From: the human T2T-CHM13v2.0 reference genome, Homo sapiens
DNA length: 64,000 nt
Reading direction: 5' to 3' (one strand)
Assembly (NCBI RefSeq): GCF_009914755.1
Contig: NC_060940.1
In this document: positions 14,287-29,379 of the stretch, in pieces
Layout of the letters: each line of letters begins with the position of its first letter
Numbering within the stretch: position 1 is the first letter of the stretch
Translations under genes and position numbers: made by a program
The notes under the pieces: generated by a model
Seen by the model: only the letters and a program-made list of their open reading frames with translations
Databases searched by the model: none
Told to the model about the DNA's origin: nothing

Positions 14287-15776
14287 TTCATCTGTGTTAT
14301 TGTACATATTAGTTGTTTGTTTTTATTTTTAGTGATGAATCTACTTCTGTGGTCTGAACCTATCACAATTTATGATGCCTGTTTGGATCATTTCCAGGCT
14401 TTAGTTATTATCATAGAGCTGCTATGAGTATTCTTATACAAGTCTTTATGTGGGCACATGTTTTCATTTCTCTTGGGTAGATACATGCCTGGGAGTGAAA
14501 CTGTTGGGTCATTGGACAGATATATGTTTAATTAACTGCCAAACTATTTTACAGGGTGGTTGTAACATTTTACACTTTTACAAGCATAGATGAGAGTTCC
14601 AGTTGTTCTATGGCCTCACCAATATTTGGTGTTATCAGTCCTTAATTTAGCCTTTTTAGTGGGTATAAAGTAGTATCTTAATATGGGTTTAACCTGCATT
14701 TCCCGGAAGGTTATTCCTATAGAATATTTTTTCATATGGCTTTTTGGCTGTTTGAATCTTTTTTGTGAAATTTCATTTAAGTCTTTTTGCCTTTAAAAAA
14801 ATGTTTTCAGACAGGATCTCACTCTGTCACCCAGGCTCGAGTACAATAGTGTAATAGGTTGTATTATTTGTTTACATATTCTGGCTGTAAGTCATTTGTC
14901 AGATATATGTATTGTAAATTTTTTCCAAGTCTGCCACTTGCCTTTTCATTTTCTTAATGGTATCTTTTGAGTACCAGAAGTTTTAAAATGCAATAAAATT
15001 TATTTTATCATTTGTTTGCTTTATGGTTAATGTTTTTATTTTCTGTTCTGATAAATCTTTGTTTTAAAGATATTATCTTATGTTTTGTTTTAGAAGTTTT
15101 ACATTTTTCGCTTGATGTTTAGATCTCTGATTCATCTGGAATCAGTTTTTGGCTTTGGCGACAAGTAAAGTTTGAGTGAACTAGGGACCTGTTAATCCAC
15201 AGTTGAATGATTTATCCATGTGCTATGAAAATAAAATCAACAACAAAGAGACAGCAACAACAATGGAAAGCTAACACATACTCAAGACCATTGCAGGTAC
15301 AAATGACAGAAAACCCAACTCATAATTTAACAAGGAAAAAAAGATGTATTGGCTTATGTAACCGAAAAAGTTTAGGAGAAGATTTAACTGCTTATAAGTG
15401 ATTTTTCAATTATAATTACCAGGACATGGAAGAATTGGAGAGTAATTCATTCAAGTAATTTTAGAAAAGAGGTAAGCATGCAAGTGTGGCTGGACCCAGG
15501 AGTTCAAATGATGTGATCAGCGTTTTGTTTCTCTCTCTCCTCATTTCAGATCTTCTTTCCTCAGCTGTGGTCTCCATTTTCAAATAAGCTCTCCCCTCAT
15601 GGTGGTAAGATGGTTACCAGCAATTCTAAGCTGACTTCTCATTCTATCAGCAACCCCAACTCCTCAACAGTTTGATGGGTTACATTTTATTGATTCTTAT
15701 TTTTTGTATTTTTATTTTTTTTAGAGACAGAGTCTCACTCTGTCATGCAGGCTGGAGTTCAGTGGTGTAATCATAG

Positions 15777-16245
15777 TGTCAGAGGCATTTAAGCTAAAGC
15801 AACTCCACCTTGAGTAGGGGCTGGGTAAAATAAGGCTAAGACCTGCTGGGCATCATTTCCCAGGAAGTTAAGACATTCTTAATCACAGAATGCAATAGGA
15901 GGTCGGCACAAGATACGGGTCATAAAGACATTGCTGATGAAACAGGTTGCAGTAAAGAAGCCAGCCCAAACCCACCAAGGCCAAGATGGCGACAAGAGTG
16001 ACCTCTGGGCATACTCACTGCTACACTCCCACCAGCTCCATGACAGTTCACAAATGCCATCACAATGTCAGGAAGTTACCCTACATGGTCTAAAAAGGGG
16101 AGGCATGAATAAGCCACCCCTTGTTTAACGTGTGATCAATAAATAACCATAAAAATGGACAACCTGCAGCCCTCCAGGGTGCTCTGCCTGTGGAGATCCA
16201 AGAACCCTCTCTTGGGGTCTGGATCAGGACCTTTTTCTGGTAACA
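15777..16245 (+). mobile_element. MER41A-type ERV1 solo LTR, internally deleted
   Basis: TGTCAGAGGC..GCAACTCCA..GGTAACA; 4-bp TSD atag (15773-15776 / 16246-16249). Confidence 0.9.
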
Positions 16246-16292
16246 ATAGCTTACTGCAGCCTCCACCTTCCAGGCTCAAATGATCCTCCCAC

Positions 16293-16838
16293 TGTCAGAG
16301 GCATTAGAAACAGAGCAACTCCATCTTAAATAGGAGCTGGGTAAAATGAGGATGAAACCTACTGGGCTGCATTCCCAGACGGTTAAGGCATTCTAAGTCA
16401 CAGGATGAGTTAGGAGATCAGCACAAGATACAGGTCATAAAGACCCTGCTGATAAAACAGTTTGCAGTAAAGAAGCTGGCCAAAACCCACCAAAACCAAG
16501 ATGGTGATGAGAAAGATCTCTGGTCACCCTCACTGCTACACTCCCACCAGTGCCACGACAGTTTACAAATGCCATGGCAATGTTACCTTATATGGTCTAA
16601 AAAGGGGAGGCATGAATAATTCACCCCTCATTTATCATATCATCAAGAAATAACCATAAAAACGGGCACGCAGCAGCCCTCGGGGCTGCTCTGTCTATGG
16701 AGTAGCCATTCTTTTAGTCCTTTACTTTCCTAATAAACTTGCTTTTGCTTTGCACTGTGGACTTGCCCTGGATTCTTTTTTGCATGAGATCCAAGAACCC
16801 TCTCTTAGGGTCTGGATTGGGACCCCTTTCATGTAACA
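16293..16838 (+). mobile_element. MER41A-type ERV1 solo LTR
   Basis: TGTCAGAGGC...TGTAACA; 4-bp TSD ccac (16289-16292 / 16839-16842); retains AATAAA. Confidence 0.9.
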
Positions 16839-17219
16839 CCACCACAGCCTCTCAAGTAGCTGGGACCACAGGCATGTGCCACCACATCTGGCTAATTTTT
16901 AATTTTTTTGTAGAAATAAGGTCTATGTTGCTCAGGTTTGTCTCTAGCTCCTGGGCTCAAGTGATCCTCCTGCCTCAGTCTCCCATAGGGCTGGGATTAC
17001 AGGTAAGCTACTGCACCTGGCCAAATTTTATTGATTTTTTTTAAAACACTGGCTTCTAAAATGCCTTGTGATGGGATGCTATCATCTTTTAGTTTGCAGC
17101 CAATGCTCTAGAAGTCATGGAGGAAACTCTGCCGTTGGGTTAGCCAGTTTCAAGTTTAGATTCTATTTTCCCAGCCTACCCTCTTTTTCTCCATTTAAAA
17201 CTGCTGAGCTATTGCTAGG

Positions 17220-17460
17220 CCGTTGTAGAGCAGTGATTCAGAGCTCTGGAGTCAGATAAAACCAGTGTCTACTTTCATATTTTACTAGCTGTGTGACTTT
17301 GGGCAAGCTGTTTGACCTCTCTGAGACTTAGTTTCTTCACCTAGAAAAGGAAGATAATAATAGTGTTGCCTTTTAGGATGGTTGTGAGAGGGAAATGAGG
17401 TAATACATGTAAAAAAATTAGAATGAGGGTTGAGACCTACAGATATCAACTGTTATTATT
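17220..17460 (+). mobile_element. MIR
   Basis: TACTAGCTGTGTGACTTTGGGCAAG..CTCTCTGAG core. Confidence 0.8.
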
Positions 17461-17838
17461 GGAGTTAGACAACAGTGACTTCAAGTCATTCTACAGGAAA
17501 GAATCCAGACTAATCACAATAAATGTTCTTTTGAAATGTCTCTAAATTATAGGCTCCAAGAGAGTTACAAGGTGTCAACCTCCCATTATCTCTTCTAAGC
17601 TCTGTCCAGTGGGTGCTGTACACAACCATCGCTAGACAAATGAAAAATGCTTTGATGACACAGAAGAGCAGCCTACTGCCTCCCAAATCCAGGGCTCTCA
17701 GATAAAAGCTGGAATGAGAATACAACTTAGATCCAAGCCCAGATTGGGACCCCTTTCTCCCTAAATTCCTAACTAGAAGGGAGCTAGTTTGTTAGTGAAA
17801 GGTTGGTGGGACCTACCACCACAAGAAAACACAAACAG

Positions 17839-18322
<484 letters not shown>

Positions 18323-18763
18323 CTATCCTGACTAAACAGGCTCTCCCCTATCACAGGAGGAGCAAGAAACGAAACTGAGAGTCAGAAGCTCTCTACCCAG
18401 AATCTCCTTGCAAAGAGTGAAGGCGAAAAGGGGAAATAATGCTCTCTCTAAAAAACCTTTTCATTCAGAGCAGTTTTGTGACCTTGGAAAGCCAAACTTA
18501 AATTAACATAGTGTTGCTAAGTAGAGACTTTCTGCTGGGTCTTCTATAATGAGTAAATACCATTCATTTGTACTTAGCAGCACGCAGCTGCATAAGGGCA
18601 ATTAATATGCTAACTCAAGTTAAAACAGTAGGTCCTCTTAAGAAGGCAAAACATCAAGGCTTTCATGGGTTTCTTGTATTTGCTTATGTGATTCTGAAAT
18701 AGCAGAAGCTTTTTCTTTGGCTCTTTTGTTTGTTATCTTAGAAATGTTGGTGTGTGAAATTTC

Positions 18764-19178
<415 letters not shown>

Positions 19179-19577
19179 TAATGGCTCATGTAATCGGAAG
19201 ATTCAGGAAAAGAATTTATCTGACTGTAAATTTTGCTCTTGTTTCATTAACCATTTGTAATTTGTCCTTTTTTTTTTTTTTTTTTTTTTTTTTTTCAGAA
19301 ATGGCTCTAGTAATCTATTATGTGGGAAAGCTCTGATTCCCAAAAGTCCTTTAAAGCTTTCAATCAGACTGGGAGGAACTGGTCTTTCCCAGGGCTGCAG
19401 ATGGAGGCTAACTGGGAGTTAGCTTTGCCATCCTTCCAAGGTGGACAGAGTAGGACCATCCGTGGGGCAGAGTGGGACAATTCTTGCCAGCTCCAAATGT
19501 CATCAGCTGATGGACAATTAATTAGTTGCCAAAACTAGCACTCTTAAGTCCTATGTCAATGATTTTAGGGGACGATT

Positions 19578-19875
19578 TGTTTTTGTTTTTGAGACAGAAT
19601 CTCGCTTTGTCACCCAGGCTGGAGCGCAGTGGCGCGATCTTGGCGCACTGCAACCTACACCTCCTCGGTTCAAGTGATTCTCATGCCTCAGTCCCCCAAG
19701 GAGCTGGGATTACAGGCATACACCACTACACCCAGCTGATTTTTTTGTGTGTTTTTAGTAGAGATGGGCTTTCTCCATGTTGGCCAGGCTGGTCTGGAAC
19801 TCTTGGCCTCATGTGATCCACCTGCTTGGCCTCCCAAAGTGCTGAGATTACAGGCGTGAGCCACTGCACCCAGCC
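19578..19875 (-). mobile_element. AluS
   Basis: Reverse dimer; TSD ttaggggacgattt / ttaggggaccattt. Confidence 0.9.
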
Positions 19876-20957
19876 TTAGGGGACCATTTCTTCAAAAGAA
19901 TGCAATTTCAGATGCATGAGCATCTCAAAGAACACATGCCTTGCATATGTCAGGAAGAGCCGATCATCTTATTTTCTCCTCTCATTTGCTAGGCCATTTT
20001 TTTCTTTATGACATGCAGATAAACTTCAGTTTTGGCCAAAATATCATGAGTTCTGAATTCCCATAAAAGCATCCAAATCAATGTACTGCTATGGCACAGC
20101 CCCGATGTGACCCCTGAGGTGATGGGAGGAATCTTGTCACTACGGGAGGTCTTTGGGTTTTGCAGCTTGATGTCAGGCAAGAACAAATGCTGTGGAGACT
20201 CAGATTTGAGCTCCAGTCCCTCCTCTGCTTCTTAAGAGTTATGTTCACTTGGGTGACAAATTTTGCTCCCTGAGCCTCAGTTTCCTTGATGAAGACAACA
20301 CCAAAGCTGCCCCATGTGAAGATACATCAGCTTCAAAGACCTTTCTGTCCTAAGCTACATTACTTTCCAAATGCCTATAGTCCCAACTCTGACAACATGA
20401 CAGCTCGATAGCCTTGCTGAGAAGCCCGGGGAATCCCATGTCTGCTTCCCAGCCCAGCACATCCATCCCCAGTGAAGGAAGCCAGCATATGGTGTTCTTT
20501 TAATTAAGCCCCACATCAGTGCCGAGCTCTCGCAAAGACAGAGTGTAGGAGGAGTCTCTGAAGTATGAGGCAGGTTGACAAGATGGGGGTCATGATGGAT
20601 CTTTCCACACCAGACCCAATTTGCTTCTAACCACTTGGCACGCAGCTAGCATCAATAAAGGCTAACAGGGATCCCCATGATGCATTTGCTTTCTCTGCAA
20701 ACCAGAACCAACTTTTCACTCAAGGGAAGTCGATTCCTAAGGATGCCTGAGACATTAATCTGCACAACAGGAATTGCAACCTTAAATGTTTACAGGGACC
20801 ATATAAGAAACATAAGTGAGTGAAGCATGCCAGGATGGGAGGTAATAGGGAATAGAGGGGACTGCAGCAAAACGGAAAGCAAATGCCTAAGAAGATGGCT
20901 GATACCGAGGTCCGGGCACCTATTGCTCTGGGGGAATTGGGAGTCAGTGCAGCCCAG

Positions 20958-21320
20958 TGACATGGTTTGGCTGTGCCCAACTCAAATCTCATCTTGAATT
21001 GTAGCTTTCGTAATTCCCACATGTTGCGGGAGGGACCCAGTGGGAGATAATTGAATCGTGGGGCTGGTTTCTGCCATACTGTTCTCGTGGTAGTGAATAA
21101 GTCTCGTGAGATCTGATGATTTCATAAGGGGTTTCCCCTTTCACTTGGCTCTCTCATTCTCTCTTGCCTGCAGCCATGTAAGACATGCCTTTCACCTTCT
21201 ACCATGACTGTGAGGCCTCCCCAGCCACGTGGAACCGTGAGTCCATTAAACCTCTTTTTGTTTATAAATTACCCAGTCTCGGGTATGTCTTTATCAACAG
21301 TGTGAAGACAGACTAATAGA
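20958..21320 (+). mobile_element. THE1 (B/C-like) solo LTR
   Basis: TGACATGGTTTGGCTGTG...GACTAATAGA; TSD cccag (20953-20957 / 21321-21325). Confidence 0.92.
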
Positions 21321-22855
21321 CCCAGTTTTCTGATATGTTAGGAAAGCAGGCTTATTCTTTTGCTTAGAGTAAATGTCAAAGTCCTGACAACAGCTTATAA
21401 GAGCCTTCATGGTCTGTTCCCGCCCCCAGCCCCAACTTCTAGTAGCTCTACGACCACATTTTCTACCACTCCCTCTCCACTTGCTGTGCTCCAGCCACTC
21501 TGGCATTGACGCTGAAGGATCATTTACAGTCCCATCTCAGGGCCTTTGCAAGAACTGTTCCTTCTGCCTGGCAAGACCGTGCCCTAGACAGCCTCATGGC
21601 CCATCCTTTCACCACCTTCTAATCTTCCCCCTAATCTCCACCTTCTCAAGGAGACCCAATCTAACTACTTTCCCCACACCCTAGCCCTCCAGAGCCCCCT
21701 TCTCTACTACAACTTTTATGCCCCATGTCATCTCTAGTGTGTACCTGTCTCCAGATGTGTGAGCCATATACTTAGGGAAAACACTGAGAATGCATGTGCT
21801 TGGCACCCTGATAAGAGGCGTTTCTTTCTTTTTGTTCTTTACTTTCCCTCCTCCTTCTTCTTGTCTTTTCTTTATTCCTCTTTCATCTTCTTTGTCTTGG
21901 GTTTCATCCCCTTCGTCGCCTCCCTTATCCCTTGTCTTCCTCAAATTTCACAGGATCTTTTATAACAAAAGCCTGAACCTTCCTTTCCATCCCTTCCTGG
22001 GGTCTCAGCCCCTCCCTTCCTGTTCCTCTGCCCACATTACACCCCATCCCCAGAGCATCGATCTGAGCAGGCTCTCTCCTGCTCCAAGACCCCAGTGACT
22101 CCCAGCTTGCTAGTAGCTCAGTCTAATGGTCTCAGCCTAGTGCTTGTGCCTCTCTTACCAACCTTCTCTTCCAGGACTCTCCCCACTGGCCAGTGAAGCT
22201 GGGCAGCACCCTGTCTGCTTACTAAGCCCACGAGGTATTCCATCTTCATCTGTTTATTCATGGTTTCATCCGCCTGAATGCTCGTCCTCCTCCTTCCCCT
22301 TTTGTCCAAATCCTCCCTGTCCTTCAAGGCCCCACAGGTAGTATTGGATCTGGGAAGCCTTCCCTGGGTCCCTTTGTAAACTACTGTTAGCACTTTATTT
22401 GGACACCCTTATGGCCTTACCACATTCTGTCCTATGTGGATGGAGGACAGGAGCCAAGGGAGGCTCTGTGGCTACATGCCTTTTTTCCATTTCTGCCTCT
22501 GCTACTTGCTAACTGTAATCCTGAGCAAATTACTAAAGTTTTGAATCTCACTTTTGTCATTTGTGGAATGGGGATAATAATTGCACCTACTTCATAAGGT
22601 GGTGGTGCCAATGAAGTAAATTAACGCACAATGACTATTATGTTATGACAATTATGTGCATGCGTCTAGTCCTTCCGACTGTTCTTTCTGTACGGGATCC
22701 TGATCCAATTCATCTCCATGAGATGTGTGCCCAGCCCAGCACCAGGCACATCATAGGTACTTAGAACATGTTTGCTGAAGGAGCAGGCAGATAAAATGCA
22801 TGTTTGCCTTCCAGACAGGGTCTTAGTACTTAAGAGAACTTGGACTCCATAGATA

Positions 22856-23568
22856 TATAATTGCCCGATGGGTTCCTTCTGCTCACTGCACAAACAAAAT
22901 CAATTCGCTGAAACTGTGCCATTGTAGCAGAGAGAGAGTTTTATTAACACAAGGCCAGCCACATGGATGGAAGATGGAGTTATTACTCAAATCAGTCCCT
23001 TTGAAGGCTTGGAGGTTAGAGTTTTTATGGACAGTTTGGTGGGCAGGGTGCTAGGGAATGGCACCTATGATTGGTTGGGGATGAAATCATAGGGGTGTGG
23101 AAAATGGTCCTCATATGCTGAGTCTGCCTCTGGGTGGGACTACGGACCAGTTGAGTCATGAATCTGGATGGGATCAGTCTGAAAAACACCTTAAAAAACC
23201 AGTCGTAGGTTCTACAATAGTGATGTTATCCCTAGGAGAAACTGAGAAAGTCACACATTTTGTGGCCTCGGGATTATAGAAACCATGCCTACGTTTTAGC
23301 AGACCTCATGGTCCTCTCATGATCCTAATCTTGTGGCCTTTCATTAGTCTTACAAAGACAGTTTCAGCCCCAGAAAAAAGAGAGGATTAGTTTTGTGGGG
23401 GGAACTATTATCATCCTTGCTTCAAAGTTAAACTATAAACTAAATTCCTTCCAAAGTTGGCTTGGTCTATGCCCAGGAATGACCAAGGATGGTTTGGCGG
23501 TTAGAAGCAAGATGGAGTCAACTACGTCAGATATCTCTTACTGTCATAATTTTGCAAAGGTGATTTCA
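22856..23568 (-). mobile_element. LTR8-family (LTR8A-like) ERV1 solo LTR
   Basis: Minus strand begins TGAAATCACCTTTGCAAAATTATGACAG..GACTCCATCTTGCTTCTAACC; ~710 bp; TSD gata/gatt. Confidence 0.8.
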
Positions 23569-23592
23569 GATTGACCCTGGAAGTCATTCTCT

Positions 23593-23900
<308 letters not shown>

Positions 23901-23929
23901 GGAAGTCATTCTCTCGAGCTGTGAGATCG

Positions 23930-24170
23930 AACAGTCATTGAGAGTGTGAGCTCTAGAGCCAGATGTTCATGGTCCAAATGCAGGTTCTGCCACTTCCCAA
24001 CTCTGTGCCCTGAGTGCAGGGGCTTCTTGTGTCTCAGTTTCTACATCTGTAAATGGGTGTGTTAAAATACCTATCTCATAGGGCTCTTGTGAGGATTATA
24101 AGAGTTAGTTCTTGCAAAGGCCTCTCAGACAATGCTTGACAATCTAGTGAGTAGTCAGAAAATATGAAAA
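23930..24170 (+). mobile_element. MIR
   Basis: TCTCAGTTTCTACATCTGTAAATGGG..TACCTATCTCATAGGG. Confidence 0.75.
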
Positions 24171-24256
24171 TATGACCCATGATTGTCTGTTTCTCTTGTG
24201 TATAAAATAAATGTGTCGAGCTCAGGGCTTCACACCCCATCTCCCATCCTTCCTAT

Positions 24257-24280
24257 ACACACACACACACACACACACAC
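24257..24280. repeat. (AC)n microsatellite
   Basis: About 12 units. Confidence 0.9.
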
Positions 24281-25897
24281 TCCAGAATGGGAAACCCAAG
24301 GAGGGAGCATGAGACTCCAACCCCTTTGGCAGTGGTAAAGGTAGATATGACAGCTAATTACCTCCTGCCATTATGGATTCTGCCCCAGCTGCCTGGCTCA
24401 GAGATTCTTTTCACAAGATGACGGAGGTGTTGCGAGGACATCCGGGCATTACTATTCAGATGGTACAGTGGACTAGTAAATCATTGTACTGGCCCTGAAA
24501 AGCCTCTTCTCAAGTGGTACTTTTCCAGGAATCTCAGTGACTCATATTTCTCCATGATGCCAGCTGGATGATGGAGCTACGGGTATCCCCCCCTTCCCCC
24601 AGGCCAAGGGTGTGGGGCAGGAGTTTGCAGTCCATTCATCCAGGGCTCCAAATCTTTCTTTGTCTCAGCTGGCTAAGGGAGCAATTTATATCTCTGAGGA
24701 TGTCTGCCTAAAGCAAGAGCCAGCCTACTCTCTCTCCCTGGTTGTTTGGAGATAAATAAATAATAAGGAGAGAGTTGTCACACAGCAGACAAACTGAAGC
24801 CAACTTCATGGAGCCTGGTGGGAAGGAGAGAATGATAAACCCAGGAGTGAGAACTGGCTGGGAAAATCTGCATCCTAAGGAAAATACTTGTGGATTTCAT
24901 GTGAATTGAAGCTGTCAGCTTTCACTTTGAGTTCCCAAGCCTGGGCGATAGGAAGGGAAGATGAATCCTTATGTATGCTTCCCTGGGTGGCACGTTTCAT
25001 CCTTCATCTCATTTGATTCTCACAGCATAAGTTAGAGGACACTGTCAACATTTAAGAAAGCAGAAATGGAAGCTCAGAGAGGTTAAGTGACTTGCCCAGG
25101 GTCACACAGCTAATAAACAGCAGACTTGGCATTTGAATTCAAACCTACGTTTTGAAACAATTTTATGCTGCCAGAGGAGCCAAAGAAAAGAAGGAGTTGC
25201 CACATCTAGATCCAGAAAACTAGGATATGTTGATGCTTCCTCCACTACTGGTGCCACCATCTGACTTCTATTGAGTATTTTTTTTATGTGCACCACACAC
25301 AGAGCACTTCGCATACATCATTTCATTTCATCCTCCCATCACTCCTATGAAGTGGACATTAGTATGCCCATTGTACATCTGAAGAAACAGAAGCCCAAAA
25401 TGGTGAGGCAACAAAGCCCAATTCTGTCTGGATTCTTTTTATTGTGTCATACCCACTGCTTTTCCCCCTGCTGGTTGGAAGCTTTTGGGGAATGTAATAT
25501 CATCTCTGCTGTAGTAGGATGGAAGGCTGCTTAGCGCAGGGCCAGGAAGAGCCCTGGAGTAGCCTACAGAGAAGTGGTTTTCCACATTGTTTCATGTCTT
25601 GCTTCATGGAAGTTTAGGGGTCCATAGAGGTGTCTTTGGAAACAAGCAGAGAATGACAGGGGTACGGCAGAGCACTGAAGTCCTGAGTCAAAGCAGCCAA
25701 AGCTGCCTCTCCCTCATCTGTTACACAAACTGGGTTTCGACACCCCATCGCAATTGGGAAAAGCATTCTATAGAATTGCATCATTGCAGGATGGAGACAG
25801 ACAGCCCTGGTTCAAATCCCTGCTCTGCATTTACTAGCGTGAGCAAGTGACCTTGGGCAAGGCACTTAATCTTTTTGTGCCTCAGTTTTATCGACTG

Positions 25898-26398
25898 TGT
25901 ATTAATCAGGGTTCTCCATAGAAATGGAACCAATAGGATCTATATCTATATAAACAGACAGAGATTTATTGTGAAAGATTGGCTCACGTGATTATGGAAA
26001 CTGAAGATTCCACAATCTGCCATCTGCAAGCTGGAGACGTAAGAAAGCCAGTGATATAGTTTCAGTCCCAGCTTGAAGGCCAATGGTATAAGCCCCAGTC
26101 TGAGTCCCAAAATCCAATAAGGAAGAGCTCTGTTGTCTGAGGGCAGGAAAAGATAGATGTCCCAGCTCAAGAAGAGAGCAAATTCACACTCCCTCCTTCT
26201 TTTTATTCTATTAGACTGTAAATAGATTGGATGATACCCACCCACTTTGGGGAAAGCTGTCTTCTTTACTCAGTCCATTGATCCAAATGCTAATCTCTAC
26301 TGGAAACACCCTCACAGACGCTTCCAGAAGTAATGTTTTACCAGCTATCTGGGCACCTCTTAGTCCTGTCAGGTTGACACATCAATTTAACCATCACA
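25898..26398 (-). mobile_element. MLT2 (ERVL) solo LTR nested in a MIR
   Basis: TGTATTAATCAGGGTTCTCC...GTTGACACAT..TTAACCATCACA; TSD gactg/aactg; MIR core continues on both sides. Confidence 0.85.
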
Positions 26399-26749
26399 AA
26401 CTGTAAGATAGGGAAGACAATAAAAGAGCCTACTTATTGACTTCTTTTGAGAATTCAATGTCATGTCCATGTAAGTGTTCAGCCTGGAACATAGAAATTG
26501 TCAATAAATGTTAGTTCCTCTCCTCCCCTGTAATTTGCTTTACTTAATTCAAAATGTTGCTTGGGAAAAACACTCATTTTCCAAGAAGGATGGAAAAGGT
26601 TATGAATTATTTATTCATCCATCCTATCAACCAGCCAGTTGGCTTAACTATTGTTTGAGTACCTACTGTGTGCCTGGTACTGTGCCAGGGGATTGAGTTG
26701 TAGAAGTGAGGTCAGGGTGGAGTGCAGAATGTTCTATGCTATCTATTAA

Positions 26750-26801
26750 TGCATCTATCCATTTATCCATTTATTTATCCATCCATCCATCCATCCATCC
26801 A
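26750..26801. repeat. (TCCA)n simple repeat
   Basis: atccatccatcc array. Confidence 0.85.
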
Positions 26802-27242
26802 AAAGATATTACATGCCAGGCAATGTGCAGTGACACAGAATATTTCACATTATCCTAGGCTTGCTTTTAATTCTGCCTCCTTTCCCATGGTAGTTGGTCT
26901 TAGAAGTCTTAGAGGTCTTCTATACTAGTTGGTGCTAGTATTTTACATGTCCTCCTGAAGAGCAGGGCAGGTCCAAACATGCAGTGGACGGATTGCCAAT
27001 AGACAGGGTGAGGTATCGGCTACCTTAGTGGTTATGGATGTGGACCTCCATGATATATCATTTTGTTTTACGTTCTGTTGTACTGCTTTAATCTTGTTCT
27101 AAATGCCCTTCTAAATATACTAATAGTAAAAAAAGAATGTATCCTAAACACAGAACACAGGGCATTCCCAATGAATGGAGACATATGAAGACTGGGATGT
27201 GATCCCCACTACATTGCAGAGTGGAATTATAGGTTTTGCAGG

Positions 27243-27505
27243 GTCTCTCTCTCTCTCTCTCTTCCTCTCTTTCCATGTGTATTTGCATATATGTGTGTGT
27301 GTGTGTGTGTTAGAGGCACCATCACATTGGTGTATGTGTATGCTTATGAATCAGTGTATAAATGGACATACAAATGTGCAAAGGACTGTAGTGTGTGTAT
27401 ATTTGAATGTGTGTGAGTGCATATACATGAGTGTGGGTCTCATGTGCATGGATTGCTATGTACGTGTGTGTTTCTATTTGAGCATGTGTGTTTATGTGTG
27501 GGTAT
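27243..27505. repeat. (TC)n and degenerate (TG)n low-complexity tract
   Basis: Visible dinucleotide periodicity. Confidence 0.8.
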
Positions 27506-27559
27506 GGGTCCTTGAGCAGCTGCATACTCTTTTACATACAAGAGTATGTAAAAAAGACC

Positions 27560-28040
27560 ACTCGTTGTCTCCCACATCCATCATTTTATCCTTCTATAGC
27601 AAGAAACTTTTTCTTAGATACATGGCTTCTTGGAATAAAGGTTACTTTCTGGTATCCCTTGCAGTGAGGTATGGCCATGTGAATACGTTCTGCTCCGTGG
27701 GTGTGAGCAGAAGTGATTTGAGCAACTTCAGGGTCATGTCTTTAAAGGGCAGGGATATGCTGTCCACATTTCTTCCTTTTCCCCCACTCCCACTGCGGGG
27801 AATGCCGGCATGAGAATGGGCTGTCTTGGACCAGAGGGTCAAGGACTATACCCTGTGTGTGGAAGAACAACAAGATGGAAAGGTCCTGGGCCACAAGCAC
27901 TCTGGAGCCTCCTTACTAACCCTGAATGGCTTATTACAGATTGTTTCATGAGATAATAATACACTTCTTATTTAAAACACCTTCTTCTGGTTCTCAGTGA
28001 TAGGAGCTACAGCAGCTGTACTAAGTTATATCTTAATACA
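27560..28040 (+). mobile_element. Old MaLR LTR (MLT1G/H-like)
   Basis: TCCCTTGCAGTGAGGTATGGCCATGTGA..GTGAGCAGAAGTGAT..GAAGAACAACAAGATGGAAAGG. Confidence 0.65.
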
Positions 28041-28154
28041 ATATGTGTACATGTGCATAGTTCTGATAAAGTTAATTTCCTCCTTGTAGAGTTTCAACAT
28101 CTCAACTTAGATATCTGATTGTTATACAGCTAGAAGTACTCTGCCTGGAATCTT

Positions 28155-29379
<1,225 letters not shown>

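Larger units (their letters stand above)
15698..17022 (-). mobile_element. AluJ split into three pieces by two LTRs
   Basis: Pieces 15698-15776, 16246-16292 and 16839-17022 join into one continuous AluJ. Confidence 0.9.

Noticed and set aside
15857-15866. TTCCCAGGAA as a STAT site in the first MER41 LTR
   Set aside because: N4 spacing rather than canonical GAS, single site, and not retained in the second LTR
15777-16838. Two LTRs read as a deleted provirus or a tandem duplication
   Set aside because: The spacer is Alu sequence and each LTR has its own 4-bp TSD
27175-27813. 212-aa Cys/Val-rich ORF
   Set aside because: Arises from (TC)/(TG) low-complexity DNA running into an MLT1 LTR
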